Positions 15,040 through 22,111 of a stretch of 64,000 bases of DNA are shown here, one piece after another (position 1 is the first letter of the stretch; the number at the start of each line of letters is the position of its first letter). This stretch comes from a virus. Location of the stretch: the IMG/VR virus record IMGVR_UViG_3300042553_000685, one strand, 5' to 3'. Position numbers and translations under genes: made by a program. The notes beneath the pieces were generated by a model. It had not been told where the DNA came from. It searched no databases and worked only from the letters and a program-made list of their open reading frames with translations.

Positions 15040-15301
15040 CGATTGTCTGTTACCTTGGATTTTGAATAATGATTATCTCAATGCCTTGCGCTTGTTTCAT
15101 TATTATGAAGAAATGGGTTTCGAGATTTATACTCCTAAGCTAAGCAAGTGTTGCGGCTCTATATTCCGGTTTTACTGTAGATTGGTAAATATGTTAGAAA
15201 ACATCCTGGATAAGGATGATATTCTAGATGAGGGCGATTATTATCTTGAGGATGGCCAATTCGATGAATATGAGGACGGTTATTTCGATGAAGATGATTA
15301 A
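15005..15301 (+). CDS. Array unit small protein (subtype C, extended acidic tail)
   Basis: MK start at 15023. Blocks are LRLFHYYEEMGFEIYTPKLSKC, FRFYCRL, and the long tail DKDDILDEGDYYLEDGQFDEYEDGYFDEDD. Confidence 0.4.
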   Translation: MRMIISMKNISNDCLLPWILNNDYLNALRLFHYYEEMGFEIYTPKLSKCCGSIFRFYCRLVNMLENILDKDDILDEGDYYLEDGQFDEYEDGYFDEDD

Positions 15302-15440
15302 TGATTGGTCTCTGCACAATAAGCTTATTAAGGCCCCTATGCTTGAGTTTTCCGTTGGGGCAAATTACTTAGTAACCCGGTTTTATTGGTTTATTATTCT
15401 AAATGAGGACGGTTATTTCGATGAAGATGATTATGATTAA
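15228..15440 (+). CDS. Array unit small ORF (degenerate)
   Basis: MK start at 15288. Blocks are MKMINDWSLHNKL..., NEDGYFDEDDYD. Confidence 0.3.
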   Translation: MRAIIILRMANSMNMRTVISMKMINDWSLHNKLIKAPMLEFSVGANYLVTRFYWFIILNEDGYFDEDDYD

Positions 15441-15663
15441 TAATTGGACCTTTGAGGCCTTTATACGTATTGAGCCTTCCGTTAAGGCAAATTATAGTAT
15501 CCGGTCTTATTTAATGAGCAGGTACTATGTCGGTTTGTTTTACTCTAGATTGGGTCATAAGAGTTTGTGTGATTGGACTCTACACAATAAATTTAAAGCT
15601 TCTATACTTATTACTGAATCTTCCACTGAGACAGATAACCTAAAAAGCCTATATACTTACTGA
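15403..15663 (+). CDS. Array unit ORF (two fused degenerate units)
   Basis: MK start at 15421. It contains FYSRL followed by a second DWTLHNKFKASILI block with no intervening junction box. Confidence 0.3.
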   Translation: MRTVISMKMIMINNWTFEAFIRIEPSVKANYSIRSYLMSRYYVGLFYSRLGHKSLCDWTLHNKFKASILITESSTETDNLKSLYTY

Positions 15664-15752
15664 GCCTTTCGTTGGGGCAAATTACTTAGTAACCCGGTCT
15701 TATTTAATAAGGTCGGTTCGTTTTACTCTAGATTGAATTATAAGGGTTTGTT

Positions 15753-15938
15753 TTGATGAAGAGAATTTCTACTTATTGGATTTTATATAATAATTGGGTT
15801 CTGTGTAATAATGATTATTTCAAATTGGGTGAGCTTTACGACTGGACTCTCAACAATAAGCTCAAGGCCTCTATACTTATTACTTTTATAAATCAATTTT
15901 ACTATAGACTGCTATACAATTATTTCGATGAAGACTAA
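15753..15938 (+). CDS. Array unit small ORF (degenerate)
   Basis: ATG at 15756. Blocks are DWTLNNKLKASILI, QFYYRL, YFDED. Confidence 0.3.
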   Translation: MMKRISTYWILYNNWVLCNNDYFKLGELYDWTLNNKLKASILITFINQFYYRLLYNYFDED

Positions 15939-16061
15939 ATTGTAATATTTGGATTCTACACAATAAGCTGAAGGCCTCTATATTTATTACCTCTGTCGAC
16001 CAGTTTTACTATAGACTGGTAAGTAAATTGTCTAACACATTTTAGATGAGAATGAGTAAGG

Positions 16062-16277
16062 ATGACATTATACATAAGGACAGTTATTTCAATGAAGATG
16101 ATTTCAATGAAGATGATTATGATTAATAATTGGTCTCTACACAATAAGCTTAAGGCCTCTATGCTTATTGAGCCTTTCGTTGGGGCAAATTACTTAGTAA
16201 CCCGGTCTTATTTAATGAGCAGGAATCATGTTGGTTCGTTTTACTCTAGATTGAATCATAAGGGTTTGTTTGAATGA
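16062..16277 (+). CDS. Array unit small ORF (degenerate)
   Basis: Duplicated MKMI box. Blocks are NNWSLHNKLKASMLIEPFVGANYLV, SFYSRL. Confidence 0.3.
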   Translation: MTLYIRTVISMKMISMKMIMINNWSLHNKLKASMLIEPFVGANYLVTRSYLMSRNHVGSFYSRLNHKGLFE

Positions 16278-16405
16278 AGGCTATTTCTAACTATTGGATT
16301 TTCGACTGGACTCTCAACAATAAGGTCAAGGCCTTTATACTTATTACTCTTATAGATCAATTTTACTATAGAATGCTATACAATTATTTCGATGAAGACT
16401 ATTAA
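16274..16405 (+). CDS. Array unit small ORF (43 aa)
   Basis: MKAISNYWIFDWTLNNKVKAFILITLIDQFYYRMLYNYFDEDY. Below the ORF-track cutoff. Confidence 0.25.
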   Translation: MKAISNYWIFDWTLNNKVKAFILITLIDQFYYRMLYNYFDEDY

Positions 16406-16562
16406 TCATAACGATTGGACTCTGCACAATAAGCTGAAGGCCTCTATGTTTATGCCTGAACCACCCATTGAGACATATCACTTAATGCGTAAGTTTTATG
16501 ATTGTAATTCTTTCGAACTTGCCTTGTTTTATTACAGACTGGAAGTATGCAATTTATGCTAG
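16392..16562 (+). CDS. Last array unit small ORF (56 aa)
   Basis: MKTINHNDWTLHNKLKASMFMPEPPIETYH...LALFYYRLEVCNLC. The array and the AT-rich composition both end here. Confidence 0.3.
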   Translation: MKTINHNDWTLHNKLKASMFMPEPPIETYHLMRKFYDCNSFELALFYYRLEVCNLC

Positions 16563-16848
16563 AGGGCGATATGTGGTGCGATAGACGAGATATAAATATA
16601 TGGCCTGAACCATGTTAAAGATATCCCTTGAGAACGGTAGTATGGATGACCTGGGGTGGGCCTAGACGCCGGCGGTAATAGTATATTGAGGTACCTATTG
16701 AAAAAACTATCCGAGATATTCTTATGGTACGGGCCACGGGTAAGTGACATCACTTATCTCGAGCATCTTGCCATTAACAGGCAATATGTATTAATGTTTA
16801 AGTTCAAGCTTAGTTATTATAGAGCATTCATACAATATACGGAGAGCG

Positions 16849-18042
16849 GTGACGAGAGAGAATGAACAACTGATAATGGAGCGGTTAACTATACCAGAAC
16901 TATTAAATCTGCGGCATGGTACTAATGATTGTCCTGCTTGTGGGGGGCGCGGTAAGCTAAGTGTATATCCGCACTATATGAAGTGCTGGAGAACTAGTTG
17001 TGAGTTGAATGCAGGTATGGGTCTGGTTAATGCCTGGCGTTGGCATACTAAGCTTGATTATGCTGGGGCTATGCAACAGTTAGAGGCCCGCGCTGGTATA
17101 CGTCAGGCCCGCGAGGTTATGGATGCTCGCAGTATAGTACTAGAGAGCGCACTAGAGGCCTATCATTATTATCTTGATACTACGCCTGCTGCTCAGGATT
17201 ATATACTACGGCGGGGCTGGTCTCTCGATCTAGCTCGTAGTATTGGTATAGGGTATGCTCCTCCTGGTGGTCTACGTCAATTCAATATAGATCATGAGGC
17301 ATTAGCTCGCGAGGGTCTGATTAAGGAGGACGGCGAGGATTACTATAGGGAACGCATTATATTCCCTATACGAGATACACGAGGCCATCTAGTCCATATG
17401 GTTGGTCGCTATATAGGTAGTAGTGAGAGGGCCCCCCGTTATAAGGATACGCGGGCCGCTATTAATAGTAAGCGCTATCTCTATCTAGAACATTGTCTTA
17501 AGGAGTATAGTAAGCACCCAGCTCGCGAGCTATATATAGTTGAGGGCCCACCCGATGCCACATCACTAATAGGTCGTGGTTTACCTGTAGTGGGATTATT
17601 GGGTCTGGAGTATCTATTATGTCACACCAGTAAATTCAAGCCCTTCCGTCGTATCACATTTATATTCGACTCAGATAAGTATAGCGATGATCATCCTACT
17701 CATGCCGGTGTATATAAGAGTTGGGTGCGTATCATACCTCAACTAGTTCAACTGCAGGTTAACTTACCATTAGCTGAGCTTATGACGTATATGGTTGCTG
17801 ATTATAAGGATATTAATGAGTGGTTGGTAGCAGAGCCTCGCGTTAATGCTGCTGATACTATCAATGCTAACCGCATACTATTCGTAGATGATTTACTAGC
17901 TCAATGGGGGCCCGATATTAGTCATCACGTAGATATATTACGGGTATTGACTGCTACTCATTCCCCCTTAGGGCTACTGGCCCCTTATGTAGATAATCAA
18001 TTAGGGCCCCTTGAATATGCCTCTCTACTATTCGGATCCTGA
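16849..18042 (+). CDS. DnaG-type DNA primase (zinc finger + TOPRIM)
   Basis: CPACGGRGK...CWRTSC zinc ribbon, with TOPRIM signatures YIVEGPPDATSL and FIFDSDK. The probable start is ATG 16862 or 16877. Confidence 0.8.
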   Translation: MTRENEQLIMERLTIPELLNLRHGTNDCPACGGRGKLSVYPHYMKCWRTSCELNAGMGLVNAWRWHTKLDYAGAMQQLEARAGIRQAREVMDARSIVLESALEAYHYYLDTTPAAQDYILRRGWSLDLARSIGIGYAPPGGLRQFNIDHEALAREGLIKEDGEDYYRERIIFPIRDTRGHLVHMVGRYIGSSERAPRYKDTRAAINSKRYLYLEHCLKEYSKHPARELYIVEGPPDATSLIGRGLPVVGLLGLEYLLCHTSKFKPFRRITFIFDSDKYSDDHPTHAGVYKSWVRIIPQLVQLQVNLPLAELMTYMVADYKDINEWLVAEPRVNAADTINANRILFVDDLLAQWGPDISHHVDILRVLTATHSPLGLLAPYVDNQLGPLEYASLLFGS

Positions 18043-18539
18043 TGACTAATTATCACGTGAGTATACCAGCTCGCGATTGTATGATATACCCCTATTATGT
18101 AGGGCGTTACGCTGATGGCCGCTATAGTGCTGTTACTATAACACTACGGTCGGGCTGGGCCCAGGAGTGGCGTATGTATCGGCGTGCCATAGAGTATCTA
18201 TGTGAGGATAATGAGAGCCCGCCGATTATAACAGGCTACCTATCTGATATGGAGTGTCCACGCTCCGGCGCCGCCTGGTACTGTCTAGATACTACTGAGT
18301 ATCTGCATAACTATAACCTAAATATATATCACGAGCGCTACCCTACCCTGGGTATACTAGATCATAGGGGTATAGCTACGCCTCAGCATATAAAGGCACT
18401 AGCTCAGCTAGAGTTCTTACCCTACTTCTATCATCCTCTTATCGCAGCGCGGGCCTGTTACCTTATAGAGCCCCGTCCTGTCTGGTTAGAGGCCTTCCTA
18501 TCATCCCATGTTAACAGGAGATTATTTAATGTCTGCTAA
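18042..18539 (+). CDS. Hypothetical protein (165 aa)
   Basis: ATGA overlap with the primase stop. No motif recognised. Confidence 0.5.
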   Translation: MTNYHVSIPARDCMIYPYYVGRYADGRYSAVTITLRSGWAQEWRMYRRAIEYLCEDNESPPIITGYLSDMECPRSGAAWYCLDTTEYLHNYNLNIYHERYPTLGILDHRGIATPQHIKALAQLEFLPYFYHPLIAARACYLIEPRPVWLEAFLSSHVNRRLFNVC

Positions 18540-18870
18540 CCTATCTATGCTTATTAGTCTTAATCTAGAGTATCTAATGAAAGAGTACCCTGATAAGCCA
18601 TTCCACGTGTATCTCTGTCAGATGGATGCGGCTCTATGTGAGAGAGTAATCGAGGAAGAGCCGCCCGCCTCTTTATTTGAATTGCTTCCGCGTATCTTCA
18701 TGGAGATCAACGACCTATTATCTCCTAACTTTATAGATAAGGATGTACGCTTCTTTGACAATGCTAAGGTAGAAAAGGTGCTCGGAGCACAACCTAACTC
18801 TGTAATTCAATTTTGCGAGGGTCGCCTAGCGTATTATCAAGAAAGAAACGTTCTATTAATTAAGGACTAA
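18508..18870 (+). CDS. Hypothetical protein
   Basis: The likely start is ATG 18529 (MSANLSML), 8 nt after AGGAG (18516-18520). It overlaps the upstream stop. Confidence 0.5.
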   Translation: MLTGDYLMSANLSMLISLNLEYLMKEYPDKPFHVYLCQMDAALCERVIEEEPPASLFELLPRIFMEINDLLSPNFIDKDVRFFDNAKVEKVLGAQPNSVIQFCEGRLAYYQERNVLLIKD

Positions 18871-18874
18871 TCAA

Positions 18875-19675
18875 ATGTTTACTATTAATTACCGCTATCT
18901 AACGGAGGCGCAGGAATATTATAAACAGAAGGGCTATAGAGTAGTCGACCTAAAATGGGTCGTGCCCCGCCATATTGGCTCTGTAACATCACCAGAGCCT
19001 AATAGTCAGGCTTCTTATAATTGTTCCGACACTCTTGTACTGGTAGGTAGCGCAGAACAGACCTTCATCCATAATGCGATAAATGGACATTATCAGGCAG
19101 GTGACGCACTGCAAGCTATTACGCCGTGTTTTCGTCCACTGGATAATGATGATTATAGCTATCCTTACTTCATGAAGCTGGAGTTATTTGTGTACAAGGG
19201 TATGCCTGGTATGACTGAAGATACTATCTGTACTGATGCATACCAGTGGATGCTACATTATATTAATCCACATAATCTCAAGTTCGTGCATTGTGCCGAT
19301 GAGACAGATATAGTCTATACCCCATTGAATCTAGAGCTGGGTTCTTATGGTAAGCGCTCCTATGAGGACCACTGGTGGTATTATGGCACTGGTATAGCTG
19401 AGCCCCGCTTCAGTGTAGCAGTTAATGACTCCTTCCGGCCCGGCTATCACTCTAGTCCTATCCCTAAATATTTTCCTAATACGCTGGATAAGATATACGA
19501 GGAGCTGCTCGAGTGTCGCGACGTCACTAATTCATTATTGAGGCAGTGCGAGTTAGCTGATATACTACTCGCTGTTGAGCAATATGCTGTATCTCAATAC
19601 GGTGAGGCAGGATGGGATGCTATTAGGGATATGGCTAAGTTAACACAACGCGCCTTCGCCGCAGATAAACGATAG
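18875..19675 (+). CDS. Class II aminoacyl-tRNA-synthetase-like catalytic core with a helical C-terminal extension
   Basis: LVGSAEQTF (the L..S.E element), a motif-2-like ITPCFRPLD...YFMKLELF, and a motif-3-like YYGTGIAEPRF. No anticodon-binding domain is evident. Read by eye only. Confidence 0.45.
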   Translation: MFTINYRYLTEAQEYYKQKGYRVVDLKWVVPRHIGSVTSPEPNSQASYNCSDTLVLVGSAEQTFIHNAINGHYQAGDALQAITPCFRPLDNDDYSYPYFMKLELFVYKGMPGMTEDTICTDAYQWMLHYINPHNLKFVHCADETDIVYTPLNLELGSYGKRSYEDHWWYYGTGIAEPRFSVAVNDSFRPGYHSSPIPKYFPNTLDKIYEELLECRDVTNSLLRQCELADILLAVEQYAVSQYGEAGWDAIRDMAKLTQRAFAADKR

Positions 19676-19736
19676 CGCTCCCCGTTCCACTAGAGTCAAT
19701 GTCAAATCATTATTATTGATATACTGGGAGGTTAAG

Positions 19737-19817
19737 ATGGATGATGCACCGTTAGTTATAGGGTTGGCTCTCGCTCTTGTTACAATAATTGGCTTGTTGT
19801 TTAATGACTTAACTTGA
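19737..19817 (+). CDS. Possible 26-aa hydrophobic peptide
   Basis: GGGAGG lies 5 nt upstream of ATG 19737. Translation is MDDAPLVIGLALALVTIIGLLFNDLT. It sits in an otherwise unassigned 220-nt gap. Confidence 0.25.
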   Translation: MDDAPLVIGLALALVTIIGLLFNDLT

Positions 19818-19894
19818 CACTCCTCACGTTGTTGTCGAGGGTAGTCTAGTGTCAACCCGTCGTAAGTAGATCTACAATTTCTTAAGAGGTTTCT

Positions 19895-20389
19895 ATGCTT
19901 AACATTCAAGTCCGTCAGGGTGTATTTGAAACTAATAGTTCGAGCACCCATAGTATATCTATTCCCTGTCAGACTAGCCTTACTATCCCTGAATTAATAC
20001 ATTTCGAGATTGGCGATTTCGGTTCTGATACTAGTATCCTGAGTTCTATAGCAGCCAAGGCCAGTTATTTATACACAGGCTTCGCTGCTAACGATAGAAT
20101 GAAAGACGCCTATGACATAATACTCTACCTGCTATCAGAGGGTATTGCTGTAACTGCCGAGGATGTAGTATATGACGAATACGAAAGTCTTAATGGCGGC
20201 TATATGGACCACGCCAACGAGTTGAATGGATTCCTCGATGCTATTGTAGCTAATAAGGATATGATGATGCGTTATCTATTCTCGCCCTATAGCTTTATCC
20301 TAACCGGTAGTGATAATGACTACAGTTATGTAATTGATAATAAGGAAGTGATGGAGTATGCTAGCGACTTCTTTTACAAGGGCAATTAG
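19895..20389 (+). CDS. Hypothetical protein (164 aa) with N-terminal FETNSSSTHS motif
   Basis: ORF lies directly upstream of the radical SAM gene. The N-terminus MLNIQVRQGVFETNSSSTHSISI looks like a conserved signature that I cannot place. Confidence 0.55.
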   Translation: MLNIQVRQGVFETNSSSTHSISIPCQTSLTIPELIHFEIGDFGSDTSILSSIAAKASYLYTGFAANDRMKDAYDIILYLLSEGIAVTAEDVVYDEYESLNGGYMDHANELNGFLDAIVANKDMMMRYLFSPYSFILTGSDNDYSYVIDNKEVMEYASDFFYKGN

Positions 20390-21326
20390 ATATCACTACC
20401 CCCGCCTTATGAATAAGTTTAATGAATTAACAACCTTAGCGCATTATATTAATGGTGACTATGAGTGTACCCTATATGCTGATGGTACCCTGGTTCGTAC
20501 TACAAGTGTGGTCGGGGCCCGCCCTGCCTATCCCTGCTCTATAGATATTAAGATCACTGACTACTGTGATATGGGATGTAGGTATTGTCATGAGAGTTCT
20601 ACTCGTAATGGTAAACACGCTGACCTAACACGGTTACTCGATGTCCTTAGTGATATACCTGCTGGGGTCGAATTAGCAAACGGAGGGGGTAACCCACTAT
20701 CTCATCCTGATATAGTGGATTACCTAGTAGAACTTAAGGCCCGCGGGCTTATAGCTAACATTACTGTTAACCAGGGTCATCTACATCGCTACGCTACTCT
20801 AATAGAGGATATCGTAAGCCAGGAGTTAGTGCGGGGCCTCGGTATCTCAATCACTAGTAGTAACTATAGCAGTCTGATACCAGTACTGAGTCTCTCAGAT
20901 AACATCGTGTATCACATCATCGCTGGTATCCATCCCGTTAGTATAATCGATGAGTTGGTTAGTCTTAGCGCTGCAACCAGTAAGGTACTCGTACTAGGCT
21001 ATAAGAACTTCGGCTTCGGTATAGATTATCATAGCCCTGAGGTAGTTGCAGGCATAGCGCAGTGGCGGCGTCTCCTACCCTCTCTTATAGGTAAGTGTAA
21101 TCTCTCCTTTGATAACCTGGCTATCGAACAGTTAGAGCTCAGACGTTTATTCACTGATGAAGGGTGGACCCGCTTCTATATGGGCGATGACTTCCAGTTT
21201 ACTATGTATATTGATGCGGTTAAGCAGCAGTATGCTCCTACTAGTCGTAGTTATAACCGTACGTCATTTGACTCTACTTCACTAATCGATTACTTCCAGG
21301 CAGGCTTCTCATGCACATCAAGCTAG
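20358..21326 (+). CDS. Radical SAM enzyme
   Basis: CxxxCxxC cluster motif ITDYCDMGCRYCHES and a GGE-like ANGGGNPLSHPD. There is no Cys-rich SPASM-type C-terminus. The likely start is ATG 20409 (MNKFNELT). Confidence 0.8.
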   Translation: MLATSFTRAIRYHYPRLMNKFNELTTLAHYINGDYECTLYADGTLVRTTSVVGARPAYPCSIDIKITDYCDMGCRYCHESSTRNGKHADLTRLLDVLSDIPAGVELANGGGNPLSHPDIVDYLVELKARGLIANITVNQGHLHRYATLIEDIVSQELVRGLGISITSSNYSSLIPVLSLSDNIVYHIIAGIHPVSIIDELVSLSAATSKVLVLGYKNFGFGIDYHSPEVVAGIAQWRRLLPSLIGKCNLSFDNLAIEQLELRRLFTDEGWTRFYMGDDFQFTMYIDAVKQQYAPTSRSYNRTSFDSTSLIDYFQAGFSCTSS

Positions 21327-21508
21327 GTGATGAGATTAATAATAAGGTAGTTACTAATATAGCATATCAATCAACGTATCCTAAGTCAGCGGGTTATAGT
21401 TACAACACGAAGGGTAACTACTACACTGGCCATAAGAACAGAATGGTTGTTACGTTAGATGATAATACTGAACTAACCTGGAATCCCTGGTTGTTTCAAT
21501 TCAATTAA
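21311..21508 (+). CDS. Small protein (65 aa) translationally coupled to the radical SAM gene
   Basis: Overlaps the radical SAM 3-prime end by 16 nt. Tyr/Asn/Thr-rich and Cys-free, with C-terminus ...NTELTWNPWLFQFN. Confidence 0.45.
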   Translation: MHIKLGDEINNKVVTNIAYQSTYPKSAGYSYNTKGNYYTGHKNRMVVTLDDNTELTWNPWLFQFN

Positions 21509-21534
21509 TTATTCTCAGTGTAGCAGGCGTTATG

Positions 21535-21543
21535 TGCTATAAT
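21535..21543 (+). promoter_or_regulatory. Extended -10 promoter element (TGcTATAAT)
   Basis: TGCTATAAT at 21535-21543, 14 nt upstream of the TTG/GTG start region of the RuvC-like gene. The -35 is weak. Confidence 0.3.
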
Positions 21544-21556
21544 GATAATATACTAG

Positions 21557-22111
21557 TTGGTGATTATCTTGATTAAATTTATATGTGGGATAGACCCAGG
21601 TTTAGCTGGGGGGCTCTGTATACTACAAAAGGGGGATACCCATAATGTAGTTGATGTTAGAATCATGCCAATTACCAGTACCTCTGATAAGGATATAAAC
21701 ATGGGGGTAATTAAAAATTACCTGTCTTATTATAAACCTCATCTTACTATTATTGAGCGTCAGATAGTAGTCCGGCCCAAGATGGTTGAGGGAAAGGAGC
21801 AGCGCCAGGGTCTGGGTTCTGCTGCTAAGACTATGTTTAACTATGGGAGACTAATTGGCCTATTAGAGGGTATAGGTCTGAATTATGTAGTAGTAGATTC
21901 CCGTGAGTGGCAATCGCACTATGCCGATATGGCCCCGCCTATTAAATGGACCTATAATAAACCTACTAAGACACGCAGCGTATCTATTGCTGTGGATCTC
22001 TATCCTGCTGTTAATTTATTCAGGACTTCTCTCTGCCACAAGCCCCATGATGGTATGGCTGAGGCAGTATTATTAGCTCATTATGGCGCAGAGGTTAACG
22101 ATGACCTCTAA
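21557..22111 (+). CDS. RuvC-like Holliday junction resolvase
   Basis: N-terminal CGIDPGLAGG, then IIERQ and HDGMAEAVLLA, at positions expected for the RuvC-fold acidic residues. Non-ATG start (TTG/GTG). Confidence 0.7.
   Translation: MVIILIKFICGIDPGLAGGLCILQKGDTHNVVDVRIMPITSTSDKDINMGVIKNYLSYYKPHLTIIERQIVVRPKMVEGKEQRQGLGSAAKTMFNYGRLIGLLEGIGLNYVVVDSREWQSHYADMAPPIKWTYNKPTKTRSVSIAVDLYPAVNLFRTSLCHKPHDGMAEAVLLAHYGAEVNDDL

Larger units (their letters stand above)
10591..16562 (+). repeat. Head-to-tail array of about 30 diverged 190-280 bp units, each a small overlapping ORF
   Basis: Unit starts (ATGAAGATGATTAAT-like box) read at 10591, 10813, 11006, 11261, 11454, 11664, 11918, 12120, 12346, 12545, 12726, 12925, 13118, 13302, 13522. 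Further starts at 13793, 13981, 14141, 14313, 14515, 14658, 14848, 15023, 15288, 15421, 15756, 15928, 16092, 16274, 16392. Peptide blocks recur in the same order: WAPRN, IPIT(D/N)PP, LYYxFY, FYYRL, DEDxYFxEDD. Confidence 0.9.

Noticed and set aside
10591-16562. CRISPR array as an explanation for the repetitive region
   Set aside because: The period is 190-280 bp, not about 60-75 bp. There is no short invariant direct repeat alternating with unique spacers, and the whole unit is homologous between copies. The variation pattern fits protein coding, with synonymous third-position changes.
10591-16562. Serial programmed +1 ribosomal frameshifting fusing all units into one giant repeat protein
   Set aside because: The regular +1 frame step is suggestive. 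However, the P-site codon at the junction (GAT before TAA) cannot re-pair in the +1 frame (ATT). The GAGGA is too far upstream for a prfB-type stimulator. Each unit keeps its own conserved ATG start. I kept this only as something ribosome profiling or proteomics could exclude.
16559-16865. ORFs 16559-16753 (-) and 16656-16865 (+) between the array and the primase gene
   Set aside because: They are mutually overlapping and short, with no motifs, and they straddle the composition boundary. I treated the region as non-coding or regulatory pending evidence.
19640-19951. 103-aa - strand ORF spanning the gap before 19895
   Set aside because: It overlaps the ends of two + strand genes and is antisense to the module. 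A small + strand peptide ORF with a GGGAGG site explains the gap better.
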